NCBI GenBank assembly: GCA_951406725.2
Contig: OX597814.1
Span: 160,890,001-160,954,000, forward strand
Source: Octopus vulgaris
Taxonomy: Eukaryota
Length of the DNA stretch: 64,000 bases
Direction: 5' to 3'
Positions 26,105-39,049 of this stretch are shown here, piece after piece. Within the stretch, counting starts at the first letter, position 1, and every line of letters begins with the position of its first letter. Both the position numbers and the translations under genes were made by a program. The notes under the pieces were generated by a model. It did not search any database and was not told where the DNA came from. It was given only the letters and a program-made list of their open reading frames with translations.

Positions 26105-26425
26105 AATGAGTACTCAGAAAGGGCAAACCTCTGCCAAGGCAACACCAATGTCCTCTCAACGATTAGCCGGAGATGATTTTTAAAATGAGAATATCTGAAA
26201 TAAACTCGACTGCTCTCAGAAACGAGAATACTAAAGATGACTGCTCTCAAAAATTAAGTAAAAAATCCGGAATAATAATCCAGAATCCTTGTCTGGTACC
26301 GGATCGATCCCAAAATCTAATCAGTTTGTGCCAGTCATGAGGCCAAACATCCTTAAAGTTTCATCCAAATCCATCCAGTGTTTCTTGAGATATCTTGTCC
26401 ATGGACAAACAAACAAACAAACGCA
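26105..26425 (+). mobile_element. HINE/DINE-like (Helentron-associated) element, partial
   Basis: gagtactcagaaagggcaaacctctgccaaggc end; aaagtttcatccaaatcc..gagatatc..(ACAA)n core. Confidence 0.65.
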
Positions 26426-26989
26426 ACTGTTTATTCACCGCACCCTGTGTGTGTGTGTATGGATGGTTGTCCTTTTATCTCTTGGTATGTTTTGCACTAA
26501 AACAAAACAATGATAAAGTGAATTATTGTTCCAAAAATAACTCGTAAAGCTATGACTCAACAACAACAAGTGGAATGGAGTCTTCCAAATTCTAACCTTT
26601 GCTCCATTCAGAACAAAGGTTATATTCCCAAACTGTGAGATTATTCAATACGAGTTTCTATAACAATATAAACACTGAATATGTTTATATAGTAGCAAAA
26701 ATGTTGTAATGGATTCATTATCACTTCATGTGCTGTTGCTACTTACTGCTTGGAGCTTCTCAGTTGATCCTCCTGCTAGAAATAACAGCCAAATATACTT
26801 TGAATTACATTTTACCTTCAGAAATTTGAAATGGTTAATTTGGCAACATAATTAGTTCTAAACATATAAAAATATGGGATGGTCTTAGTTGAGGTACCTT
26901 TGATTATATGTCTGCTGGATTCATACTAAATCACAGCAACAAACATTATCTTCATGCTCTCAATAGAACAGTATTTATGTTTTCAACCA

Positions 26990-27390
26990 TTTTTACCTTC
27001 GCCAAGCAAGGAGGTTATGTTTTCATTGGCATTGGTTTGTCCGTCTGTCCATCTGTGTGCAAAATAACTCAAAAAGTTGTGAACAGTATTTGATGAAACT
27101 TGCAGAAGTTGGTAATGACACAAGGAACAGATGATGAAATTTTGGTAGTGATCTGGGAATGTTTATGGATTCTTGAAGGATTTTTTATTTGTTATATTTA
27201 CTTTACATGAAGTATTACAATGTTACATTCTTTGATTATCTCCCTTGAAAACACATTCATCGCTTCCACACAACCTATGGTGGCGTTGTTGTTTCCAAAG
27301 TTTATTTTCGGTTCTTTATTAGTAATTTTACTCACGTATCTATCTTAAAATGAGCCGCTTGGCAGAGGTCTGCAGAGGTGTGCTCTGAAT
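26990..27390 (-). mobile_element. HINE/DINE-like element, opposite orientation
   Basis: ttaccttcgccaag..ggaggttatgtttt..(TGTC)n .. cttggcagaggtctgc..gtgctctga. Confidence 0.7.
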
Positions 27391-28031
27391 AAGCAGACCC
27401 ATGATAAAAGCAACCAAACCAAAACTGTTCCGTCTTTTCTCCCTTTTTTGCAGGTATAGTTTATCTCAGTTTACATTAATCAATGTGCCCTTATGATTTT
27501 AAAATAATGGAGTTTGATTTGGAGGAGATTTAACTGGTATTTCTAGTGAGCAAATCTATGATCAAAGGCGTTCCAGTCATGGCCTACCTGTGAGTTTTTA
27601 GGAGTATCTTGAACTACATTATCCAATGTGTCCTCAATGTGTGATTTGAGGGACATTTGGTTGCTACTTCTGACAGGTTTTGATCTCATTGAAACTCACA
27701 TAGGCATACATTTAGCTGATTATGAGTCATGTACAATTATCACAAATGTTTTAATGACTGAATTGTCACAGACTTTGACATACTTACACACACACACACA
27801 AACATACATACATAGCATGGAAGGCAGATGTTAAATGATGATGATGATGATGCATACATACATATGTCGTCGTTGTTGTCATGATCTTTGTCATCATTGT
27901 CAATCGTCGTCGTAGACAACATCGTCGTATTCGTTGTATTCATCATCATTTAACGTCCATTTTCCATGCTGGTATGGGTTGGATGGTTTGACAGGATCCC
28001 ACAAGTTGTATATATTCACAAGATATATATA

Positions 28032-28889
28032 CATAGGGTGTGATAGGTAAATTGTCACCATTTTAAATTTTAAATTTCGTGCATGCACATTGTTTGTTTT
28101 TGATTTTGTCGACTACACAGTATAGTAGGGTCAGTTGAGCACCATCTGTGAAAAAAACAGCACCATGACGCAGTTAACTCTGCCAGAAATTTGGAAATGA
28201 CATGCTGTACAGCTTGGCATTTGCACTGGAAGCTCCAATAAAAACAGATGCTGGGTCCCAAAAACATGTACCAAGAGTGATAAAAATCAAATATTCAGTC
28301 AACATCATGGTGTTTGGAGTGATCACTAGTGATGGTGACGTTATGCTTCCATTCATCTTCCCATACAGCCTCAGACTCAACACAGAGGCTTATATCAAGT
28401 GCCTGGAGGAGGTAGTGCTACCCTGGGTCAAGAGGGAGGCTGCTGGAAGACCCTATGTCTGGCAACAGGACTCTGCACTATGTCACACAAGCAGGAGAAC
28501 CCAGTCATTGCTCTTTAAACAATATCTGCAACCACATCACCCTTAACATTTGGCCACCTAACTTCCCAGACTGCAACCTCCTTGATTATTATGTGTAGGT
28601 CACAGTTGAGCGAGAGACCAACGAAACTCCTTGTAGCATCAAAGATGAACTGAAGAGCATGGCAGCATTCACCTACTTAAACAAGGAGACCATCCAGAAG
28701 AGTTGCAAGAGATTCCAAAGTCGGCTGGAGGCCAGAGTTGAAGCCAATGGCAATTTTATTGAATAAATTTACTCTTTAGTATTTCAAGATATTTTTATGT
28801 AATTTTGGCAAATATATCTATTAAAGTGAGATGTCAGCGTTATTTCCATTTTTGCATAATTTAGATGACGTTATATTCACTGCAAGCTG
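28032..28889 (+). mobile_element. Internally deleted DD37D (maT-type) Tc1/mariner element
   Basis: IMVFGVITSDGDVMLPFIF..LRLNTEAYIKCLEEVVLPWVKR..YVWQQDSA..WPPNFPDCNLLDYY; second-to-third Asp spacing is about 37 after frameshift repair; decayed TIRs with TA. Confidence 0.88.
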
Positions 28890-29351
28890 TATATATAAAC
28901 ATTAATAAATATGTGGGTTTTAGAAAATGGAAATTTTAAAGTTTTACATTTTGCTGTATTGTAAATGTTTCATATTTCTGAATAAATATTTTCTGAATAA
29001 ATAATTCTCATTATGTAACAGCTTTCCAAGAAACAGTCAACATATAAATCCAAAATGAGTTACTTGTATCAGAATGCAGCAAATGGATTTTCACACTCCT
29101 ATAGTTTATAATCTATAAGAAGTAATGTTGACAATGATAGAGCAAAAAAAAAAAAGAATTAAAAAACAAACCCTATAAAGATACATACATACATACATAC
29201 ATATATGTTTTGCAAACAACTTGCACATACAAGTGCTACTAGTCAAAAGCTGCACATACCGGAAGCCAGAAAGTGTATGGGGTCATGAGGAGAAGATGTG
29301 TGCTGTTTCGGGGCCTACCTCATATATACATACACACACATATGTCTCCTT

Positions 29352-29394
<43 letters not shown>

Positions 29395-29395
<1 letters not shown>

Positions 29396-30363
29396 TCACT
29401 GCTAGAATAAGAATAGGCTGAGCAAAGTTCAGAGAGCTCCTACCTCTGCTGGTAACAAAGTGCCTCCCGTTCAGAGTGAAAGGCAGACTGTAGGATGCAT
29501 GTGTGCAAACAGCCACACTTCACAGCAGTGAAACATGGGCAGTGACTGCTGAGGACATATATAGGCTTGTAAGAAATGAAACCAGTATGCTCTGCTGGAT
29601 GTGTAATGTTAGTGTGCATGCATGACAAAGTGTAAGCATCCTGAGGGAAAAGTTGGATATAAGAAGCATCAGATATGGTGTGCAAGGGAGACGACTGTGC
29701 TGGTATGGTCATGTGATGTGTATGGATGAGGACAGCTAGGTAAGGAAGTCCCAATCTCTGTAGAGGGAACCTGTGGTAGAGAGGTAGACCCAGGAAGACA
29801 TGGGACAAGGTGGTGAAGCATGATCTTCAAACATTTGGCCTCACAGAGACAATGACTAGTGACCAAAACTTTTGGCGATATGCTGTGCATGAGAAGACCT
29901 GTCAAGCCAAAGTGAAATCATAGTCATGGCTGATGCTAGTGTCATGTCACAGGCCCATTAAAAGCCCATTAAAAATTGTTGGGTGATATGCTACGCTTGT
30001 GAAGACCTGTTGAACCAAGTGAAATTGTAGTTGTGGCCGATGCCAGTGCAGTCTGACTGTCATCTGTGCCAGTAGCACATAAAAGCACCATTCGAGTGTT
30101 GGGTCTCATTTGTCAAGCCAAGTGAGACAGTAGTCATTGCTGATGCCAGTATCAGATCAATGGCACTCTGAGAGTGTAGTGGGTGTAAATACACCCACTA
30201 CACTCTCAGAGTGGTTGGCATTAGGAAGGGCATCTAGCCATAGAAAACTTGCCAAATCAGGTTGGAACCTGGTGCAGTCCCCTCAGCTTACCAGTTTTCT
30301 GTCAAACCATCCAACCCATACCAACATAGAAAGTGGACATTCATTGATGATAATGATGATGAT
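29395..30363 (+). mobile_element. 5'-truncated RTE LINE
   Basis: TARIRIG*AKFRELLPLL..KGRL*DACVQTATLHSSETWAV..; duplicated 3' UTR modules; (GAT)n tail. Confidence 0.92.
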
Positions 30364-30375
30364 GTGTGTGTGAAT

Positions 30376-30462
<87 letters not shown>

Positions 30463-30466
<4 letters not shown>

Positions 30467-30865
30467 AGTGGCTGTGTGGTAAGTAGCTTACTTACCAACC
30501 ACATGGTTCCAGGTTCAGTCCCACTGCGTGGCATCTTGGGCAAGTGTTGTCTACTATAGCCTTGGACCGACCAAAGCTTTGTGAGTGGATTTAGTAGACA
30601 GAAACTGAAAGAAGCCTATCATATATATATAAATGTGTGTGTGTTTGTATGTTTGTGTGTCTGTGTTTGTCCCCCCACAATTGCTTGACAACCAATGTTG
30701 GTGTGTTTACATTCCTGTTCAACAAAAGAGACCAATAGAATAAGTAATAGGCTTACAAAGAATAAGTCCTGGGGTCAATTTGTTCAACTAAAGCAGTGTT
30801 CCAGCATGGCTGCAGTCAGATGACTGAAACAAATAAAAGAATGAAAGAATAAAAGAATAAAAGAA
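30463..30865 (+). mobile_element. SINE family A, full length
   Basis: Head ggagtggctgtgtggtaagtagc, internal microsatellite, (AAAGAAT)n tail. Confidence 0.93.
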
Positions 30866-31187
30866 TATATATAGAATATGAAGGATTTAGTTCACTGGTG
30901 ATCTAAATGAATAAGTATGCTAAGTAAGTAAAACAGTAGATAGAAGAATGCAGACAGAAGAATAAAGTCCACAGCTCATCTTCTTCCAGCTTGTATGGAG
31001 GTTGGTCTGTACTTTCATGAAGGTACAGATCCTTAAGTATAATCCCAGGCAAATCCACACAATATTCTTGTAGTGTTTTGAATGTTGTGTTCATAACTTT
31101 ATTCTACTGTCTGTATTCTTCTATCTACTGTTTCATTCCTTTATACACTGTGAATTCTCTGTCTACAACTTTTTGATATACTCACCT

Positions 31188-31265
31188 TGTCTCTGATGAT
31201 GGAATACCTAGTGTATGGAGATGCTAACCTATCACTTGTGATATCCCAGAGACAGCTGTAAGACA
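31188..31265 (+). ncRNA. Penelope-type minimal type I hammerhead ribozyme motif (one core substitution)
   Basis: Stem I tgtct/agaca; CTGATGA at 31193-99; stem II tggaata/tatccca; GAGAC in place of GAAAC; palindromic stem III ACAGCTGT; GUA cleavage triplet. Confidence 0.7.
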
Positions 31266-31763
31266 TCCAATAATTAATTAATTGATTAATTGATTTAATT
31301 AATTAATTAATTAATTACTTCAAATTCACCTTACTTCAATTAGATATTCAAAGTGACTTGAGATATTCATCCTGCCTTGGTTTTGTTGTCCTTTTCCCTC
31401 TTATATGTGTGTGTGTGTGTGTATGTGTGTGTGAGGGATAAGATGTTTTAAAATGCAATATGTTGAAGAATGTGAGTAAAAAATAAAAGTTAGTGAAGTG
31501 ATATTGAAGATAACATTTGCCTAAATATATAATAAATAGTATGATGTTGTTAGAGGCAGAGATCAAACACAACCTCTATCTCGTCTGAACTGGATTTGGT
31601 ATTTTGTGACTGAAGGAACCTTTTATAACCCAGTGAAAAGCTATTAATGTTAAGGGGTTTTTTTGAATAAAAAGACAAAATGTCATTTTTGGAATGTAAG
31701 TGAATAATTATTCCTTCCATTGCCATGACTACCACTTATATTGTAACAGTCAAACTGATTGTA

Positions 31764-32328
31764 TTGGGTTGTCCGGAAAGTTTGTGCCGATTTTTAAAGG
31801 AAAGTAAAAGGTCAATTAATACTTGCCATTATATTTTTAATCAACCAAATATGAACCATTTTGTTGCACAATGCATCTCTATCTTTCCTTTAACTTGAAA
31901 ATACCCTCTTCACAGAATTGAGGTGGTTTCATAGCAAAGAATTCATCAAGGTATCTTTTACATGATCTAAGGAATTGAAATTTTTACCATTAAGACTATT
32001 CTGCAGAGACCTGAATAAATGAAAATCCGAAGGAGAAATATCTGGTGAATATAGAGGGTGGTGTAACACATCCCAGCCGAGCTGCAGCAATTTTTGTCTG
32101 GTTCCCAAAGCATCAAGTGCCGAAAACAAACTTTCTCATCTTCTATTTTAAAGGGTTTCAGAATTAACACAGGTTATAGGAACATAAACCTTCTTCCACG
32201 AAAAGATAGCTTAAACTGTGCTCTAAATGGAAGTGTAGTCAAATCCTATTTTATGGGCTCAACCATGTTCTAAAATAAGTCGAAACGTAAGCTACTATAA
32301 ATCGGCACAAACTCTCTGGACAACCCAA
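31764..32328 (-). mobile_element. Internally deleted mariner (DD34D) element
   Basis: TIRs ttgggttgtccggaaagtttgtgccgattt / aaatcggcacaaactctctggacaacccaa; TA TSDs; remnant LGWDVLHHPLYSPDISPSDFHLFRSLQN. Confidence 0.95.
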
Positions 32329-32679
32329 TATATTATGTTTTGAGACATAAAATATAATACAGCTTCAGTTGTATTTCTGTATTTAAGAAGAAATATGAAT
32401 TTGTGTTTTACAAAAGGACATTTGCAAAGCACATACTTTCACCCAAAGATGGCTGGAGTATTTGCTGAGTGCTGTGTTCATCACCCAGAATTAACCCCAA
32501 TCAAGATGTCACCTTGGAGCCAACCTATGGAATAATGAATTGTGGGCCTTTTCCAATACCATGACCAAGGCCCTGATGGAGTGTCATGCTGAGTAATGAT
32601 ATCTGATGAACTCTAGATATTGGTGACAAAACTGGTGTATCCATCATCATGTTCAGTACTATTGCAAGCTTTAGTCAAC

Positions 32680-33030
32680 AGATGATGATGACAATGATGA
32701 CTACAATCGTAGTGGTGGTGGTTGTTTTAGGAGGATGGAGGAGGAGAGTGAAGGAGGAGGAGAGTGGAGGAGAGTGAAGGAGGAAGAGAGTGGAGGAGGA
32801 GGAGGAAGGGGAAGAACAGGAGGAAGAACAGGGGGAAGAACAGGGGGGAAGAACAGAAGGAGGAGGAAGAAGATGATTATGATAATGACGTTCATGATAA
32901 TGATGATTATGACATTGACGATCATGATAATGATGATGAAGACAACGATGACGATCATGATTATGATGATGATGATGGCCACTACTATGACAGTAACAAG
33001 GACGATTACATAACAATGATAATGACAACC
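32680..33030. repeat. Compound (GAT)/(GGA)/(GGT) low-complexity repeat
   Basis: Seen directly; source of several artefactual ORFs. Confidence 0.95.
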
Positions 33031-33246
33031 ATTAGGCACAAACATAAAATAACCAACACCAAAACATTTTTTGTATTTTTTCTGTAGATATTTTAAATTC
33101 AGTTGCTCAGTTTGTATTTATCTTAAGAGTTACATAACCATAAATGTCTCAGTTAATTTTGAAAATAATCAAGAATTTTTTGAAGGCTTTAGCATAAAAA
33201 TAACTGACCTGTTAATAATTAAGCTGATGTTTTATACATAACTAAA

Positions 33247-33940
33247 ATTGCCAAGAAGGCTGAGGGTATCTTTGCATCACTTACCAAGTCCTTTGTGAGC
33301 CGCTCTCTGGCTATCAATCTGAGGCTTTATATAGCTATGGTGCGGCCTCACCTGGAGTTTGCATCACCGGTCTGGAACCCCTATCTTGCCCAGGATATTA
33401 ATCATCTGGAAACCATTCAGCGACGTGCAACCAAGAGAATACCCTCCATTAGGCATTTGCCATATTCTGAACACCTTACTTCCCTGGGCATGGATACATT
33501 GAAACTCCAACGTCTGACAGCTGACTTGGCAGACACCCATAAAATTATTAACCATCTTACTGACAGTTACTCTGAGCACCTTTTTCAAACTCCACCTGTC
33601 TAACACCCATGGACATGTTTACAAAGTCAGAAAACAGCACAGCTCCCATGACTTTTGGAAACATTTTTTCACGCTAAGAGTTGCTAAAGTATGGAACAAA
33701 CTGCCGGCATCAGTTGTTAGTTGTCGGAGCACTGCATCCTTCAAAACTTCCATGCTTCCTGAGATTCGCCAACACTACACCTGATTTTCTCCCCTCCATA
33801 CACATGCAAGCATGTATCTGACTCATACACTGTTCACTTCCCAGACATTTGTACATTACTGCATATTTTTTATATGCACTTTTGACAAGTTGTGGTGCAC
33901 CTGAGCACTGTATACAATAATTTCATTATTATATTATTAT
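33247..33940 (+). mobile_element. 5'-truncated CR1-group LINE (RT C-terminus and 3' UTR)
   Basis: LYIAMVRPHLEFASPVWNPYLAQDINHLETIQRRATK..PYSEHL..THGH.YK..FF.LRVAKVWNKLP; (ATT)n tail. Confidence 0.93.
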
Positions 33941-35820
33941 TTTTAACAAAAAGTTTAAGTTTAAGTTTAAACAAGAACACTTCAAAGTATTAGAAGCAGT
34001 CTTGGGAAAGGAGTTTTATACAAAATGGTTAATCTTTTATTTATCTTGATCTTTCCGCCAAATGTATAATAATATTGACCAAGTATTAACTATTCTGTTG
34101 GCAGATCATCTACCTATTCTGGATGCTAATGCATGATTCCATAAATTATAAAGATAAACTAGATACTGGTTATTTTGATGTTATTCACTGCCATTATAAA
34201 AATGACTTATATTGATATATTTACCTACCAATATAGTTACAAAGAAACATTAGCTGATTTAATTAGCTACATATTCTCAAAGTTACAGCAACATTATTTC
34301 CTTTGATATTTGCGTGAATTTAGTTTGGTGTTTAGTTTAGAACTGAGAGTGAGCTTTCAAATGTAAGGAATTATGTTAGAAACATCAAGAGAAAAATACT
34401 ATTTACTTTGATCTTAGTGTGTTCTTATCTATAGAGGTGATAAGGAAAAAAAATTCTATATTAAAAGAAAAAATAAAGCAACTGAAGACCTATTTACATA
34501 ATATATGTTACCTGTATATAAACATGATACTTTTTTCTTTTCTTTTTCAATTCATGTACACAAAGATATTTACACTCTCTTGGAAAATATTCAGATTCTC
34601 CATGTTACACACACACAATACACATTTCTCTCTCCAGTCAGATGCACTTACACATACTCATACTATTACACCTTCCCCCTCTCTCTCATATATATTTATG
34701 TACATGTACACACACGTATAGGTATAGATATAGATACATATATATAGTCATTTAAAATTCATTTTTCTCATGCTTTTTCATAGTTGGATGGGTTTTCTCT
34801 GCACAGTATCTCACCACTTGTTGTGATCCCTAGTAATTGCCTTCATGAGGTTCTGCATCCTGAGATCAACCTTCAGCTATTTTTCCTGTGTCTTCTCAGT
34901 CTTACCAGTCTTTATCTTTTCCAGGCCATCTTTCACAAGAAAAAAGAAAAAAAACATAGTGGATAATGTAGTCCTAAATACACTGTGTCAGAAAAGTTGG
35001 ATGATCTTTGATCATGGATTTGCTTATCAGGATTGACTCGGGTTGAACAACAATTTTTTTTTTTCTTAGAAAAAAAGGAGAGAGCAGGGACTGACCACTC
35101 TTCTTGACATTTGTTATTTGGTTGAGAAGTTCAAGGATCTTACACCCACTTTGACTGCATGAAATTTCATTTACAAGAATGAGAGGAAGGAAATGTCAGC
35201 TTGCAAGTTTCTACTAAATATTTCCCTACAAAAATCATTTGATCTCCCACCATGCTTCTGAAGAATTGAGTTGTATAGTGCAGCTGAAAAACTTTGATTG
35301 CCGTTAGCATCACTGATGGAGAAGTTAAAGCAGCAAAAGCTTGCAGTCAGATGATGCCACAGGATTCTGTGGACATCATTGCTAGTTCAGCCAAGGTTTT
35401 TAAAGAAATAATGCATCAGCCATGCTGCTGAGGTGATAAGCTCTGAAAAATGATAGAGATTATTGGAATTGTACAGACTTAGATGTATATGGGACAAATA
35501 GTATATTAGTGTCCTACCAGAATAACATGGGAATGGGAGTATGTAGAATACTGATTTCAGATATTGACACTAGGCCAGCAATTTTATTTTATCGACCCTG
35601 AAAGTTGATCTCAGCAGAATTTGAACTCAGAATGCAAAGACAGACAAAATACCACTAAGAACTTTGCCCAGCATGCAAACGATTTTGCGAGCTTGCCGCC
35701 TTCGGCATGTAGAATATTGTGGCGAAAGTGGAATGAGACAATTAAGCATGGTTGTTTAGATGCTGGCAATTTGGCAAAACTGACTGTTTCAGTAACAGTA
35801 TAGGCATAGGAGTGGCTATA

Positions 35821-36222
35821 GGTGTAGGAGTGGCTGTATAGTAAGTAGCTTGCTTACGAATCACACGGTTCTGGGTTCAGTCCCACTGCGTGGCCCCTTG
35901 GGCAAGTGTCTTCTACTATAGCCTCAGGCCGACCAAAGCCATGTGAGTGGATTTGGTAGACGGAAACTGAAAGAAGCCCGTCATATATGTGTGTGTGTGT
36001 GTGTATACGTTTGTGTGTCTGCATTTGTCCCCCCAACATCGCTTGACAACTGATGCTGGTGTGTTACGTCCCCATAACTTAGCAGTTTGGCAAAAGAGAT
36101 CGATAGAATAAGTACTAGGCTTACAAAGAATAAGTCCTGGGGTCAATTTGCTCGACTAAAGGCGGTGCTCCAGCATGGCCACAGTCAAATGACTGAAACA
36201 AGTAAAAGAGTAAAAGAGTAAA
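35821..36222 (+). mobile_element. SINE family A, young full-length copy
   Basis: CpGs retained; (AAAGAGT)n tail; head start duplicated at 35803. Confidence 0.95.
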
Positions 36223-36529
36223 ATAGTACTTTTGACACTGGAGACAGACATTCATATGCATACATGTACATCAGTATACGCACACAAATAGAAAGAATAA
36301 CTGAGAGAGAGAGAGAGGACTTTATTAATTGAACACAACTGACATGACCATTTTCCCTCTCCTCATATATATAAGGAGAAATAGGCTCACACAGATAAAT
36401 GGAGTGAGTGGGGGTGAGAGGGAGAGAATAAAAGAAATATTAAAACATGAGAAACATTAAAATGCCAATTGCCAACCCCAAAAAGGCAGTGCCAAAACAG
36501 CTGTGTCAAAATGTCTCATACTCTTATCT

Positions 36530-36900
36530 TTCATTTTTTTTACTTGTTTCAGTCATTATACTGCAGCCATGCTGGGGCATCACCTTGAAGAATCTTAGTC
36601 GAATGAATCAACCCCAGTACTTACTTGTTTTTTAAAGCCTGATTCTTATTCTATCAGTCTCTTTCACTGAACTGCTATGTTACAGGAAACATAAACACAC
36701 CATCACCAGTTATCTCACAGTAGTGGAAGCAAACACAAACGCAAAGACACACACATGATGGGCTTCTTTCACTTTCCATCCATCAAATTCACTGCCAAGA
36801 TTTTGGTCAGCTGAGGCTCAAGGTGCCATGCAGTGAGACTGAACCTGGAACCACGTGTTTGGGACATAAACATCTTACCATACAGCCATGCCTGCACCTA
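36530..36900 (-). mobile_element. SINE family A, older copy
   Basis: Reverse complement of 35821-36222 with deletions; forms an inverted pair with that copy. Confidence 0.85.
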
Positions 36901-36912
36901 CACACACACACA

Positions 36913-37742
36913 GAGGGTGTGGTGAAAACACTGTCGTCTAAATTACACAAAAACGAAAATAACACTGACAAAAGATTTTACCAGAGATATTTACAAAAAT
37001 TACATAAAATATCTTGAAATACTAAAGAGTAAATTTATTCAATAAAATCACCATTGGCTTCAACCACAGCCCCCAGACAACTTCAGAATCTCCTGCAACT
37101 CTTCTGAATGGTCTCCTTGTTTAAGTAGGTGAATGCTGCCATAATCCTTGCCTTCAGTTCCTCTTTAGTGTTACAGAGAATTCTGTTGGTCTCTCACTCA
37201 GCTGTGTCTCACACATAATAATCAAAGGGGTAGCAATATGGGGAGTTAAGTGGCCAGATGTTAGGGGTGATGTGGTTGCAGAAATTGTCTGACAGCCATG
37301 ACTGGGTTCTCTTGCTTGTGTGGCATGGTGCAAAGTTCTGTTGCCAGACAGGGTTTTCCAGCAGCCTCCCTCTTGACCCTGGGCAGCACTACCTCCTCCA
37401 GGCACTTGATATAGGCCTCCATATTGAGGCTGAAGCTGTGTGAGAAGATGAATGGAGGCATAACAATGCTATTAATAGAGATCACTCCAAACACCATGAT
37501 GTTGACTAGATGATTGATTTTTATCCCTCTTGGTACTTGTCCTTAGATTGCACCATCCTCAGATTGACATCCAAACATTCTGAAATATTCATATTGGAGC
37601 TTCCAGCATGAATGCCAAGCAGTACAGCATGTCGTTTCCAAATTTCCGGCAGAGTGAATTGCATCATGGTGCTGTTTTTCTCACAGACAGTGCCCAACTG
37701 AACCTACTATATTGTGTAGTCGACAAAATCAAAAACATGCAT
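36913..37742 (-). mobile_element. Second copy of the DD37D maT deletion derivative
   Basis: MVFGVISINSIVMPPFIF..NMEAYIKCLEEVVLPRVKR; colinear with 28032-28889. Confidence 0.88.
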
Positions 37743-38129
37743 TGAGAGAGAGAGAGAGAGAGTGTGTGTGTGTGTGTGTGATGCAAATAAGCATGATGAG
37801 GGTTGATAATTATAAATATACATACACACGCACATATACATATATAGACATATATATATAAGGATATATATAGATAAAAAAACTAAATATAATCAGAAGA
37901 TAAACACGTATGTACAAGTATATAGATATTTATATATATTGACAAATAAATTTACACTTATTTTTGCACTTGCTAATTATGAACTTTACAACTGTTATGT
38001 AATTCCAAGGTCCTAGAAACAGCTATCAAGTTAAAAAATTATGCTTTCTCCTCTTAGTTTTGTATCGTTTTTTACTCTATGTAAAGGTAAATTTGTCAAT
38101 ATGTATTAATCTCTATATGCTTATACATA

Positions 38130-38875
38130 CAGGGGTTGGACAAAATAATGGAAACACCTAGCATCATAGCATCATAATTTTGAAATAACTATAAAACCAC
38201 CAAAAGCTTGTTTATTTTTATGTTTTTTAATTTATTATTAGTGTTGCTAGATATTTTTTGCTAAAATTGCTGTTTCTTTTCAGATATTATCAGAAAAAGG
38301 TAATTAAAATTCATTAAAATGACAGATCTATTGGACTTTCAAAAAAGTCAAATTGTTGGTGTTCATATAGCATGTACTAGCGTAATGAAAACAGCCAAAA
38401 TATTTGGGGTATCAACAAGTACTGTCTTGAAACTAATGACAGCCTTTGAGAAAGAGAGAAAAACCTTCTCATTGAAACAAAACTCTGGAAGAAAACCAAA
38501 ACTTTCAGATAGGGACCATTGGACTCTTACGCAAATTGTTAGAAAGGATCACAAAAGTACAGCTCCCAAAACTACTTCAGAGCTTAATGACCACATCGAG
38601 AACCCAGTTTCTACAAAAACTGTTTGCCAGGAGCTGCACAAAGCCAGATTTCACGGGAGGGCTGCAATTAGAAAACCACTACTTTCAAAAACAGTATAAA
38701 CCTTACAGAATTGGTCCCTAGAGTAATGGAAGAATGTTATTTTCTTGGACAAATCATCCTTTACCTTATTTCTGACCACTGGCTGAGTATATTGGAAACA
38801 ATTCAAACTTTGTATGAGTTTATACCTTGTAGAATTCAAGCTGTAATTACTGCCAAAGGCAGTCCTACTCCATAC
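38130..38875 (+). mobile_element. Tc1-like element relic (HTH ORF 38319-38699; catalytic domain mostly deleted)
   Basis: TA|caggggttggacaaaataatggaaacacc TIR; DLLDFQKSQIVG..GVSTSTV..SGRKPKLSDRD..GRAAIRKPLL; C-terminal RIQAVITAKG; right TIR absent. Confidence 0.9.
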
Positions 38876-39049
38876 AAAAATTAAATTTGTTTGTGCATGT
38901 GTATGTGTGTGTCTGTGTGTATGTGTTTATGTGCGCATGTTGAGAAGGGTTGAAACATGAATATGAAGAACAAAAAGGCATGCAAGCAAATATGCATATA
39001 TACAGATAAATGCATCCATATGTGTAAAATATAGTCATCATCATCATCA

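Noticed and set aside
32598-32642. Another hammerhead (gatat CTGATGA ... caaaactggtgtatc)
   Set aside because: Stem II does not pair, GAAA is altered and the cleavage base would be missing; too many assumptions are needed.
32675-33087. Acidic and His-rich ORFs (also 14562-14816 and 25387-25877)
   Set aside because: Trinucleotide microsatellites that are open in several frames at once.
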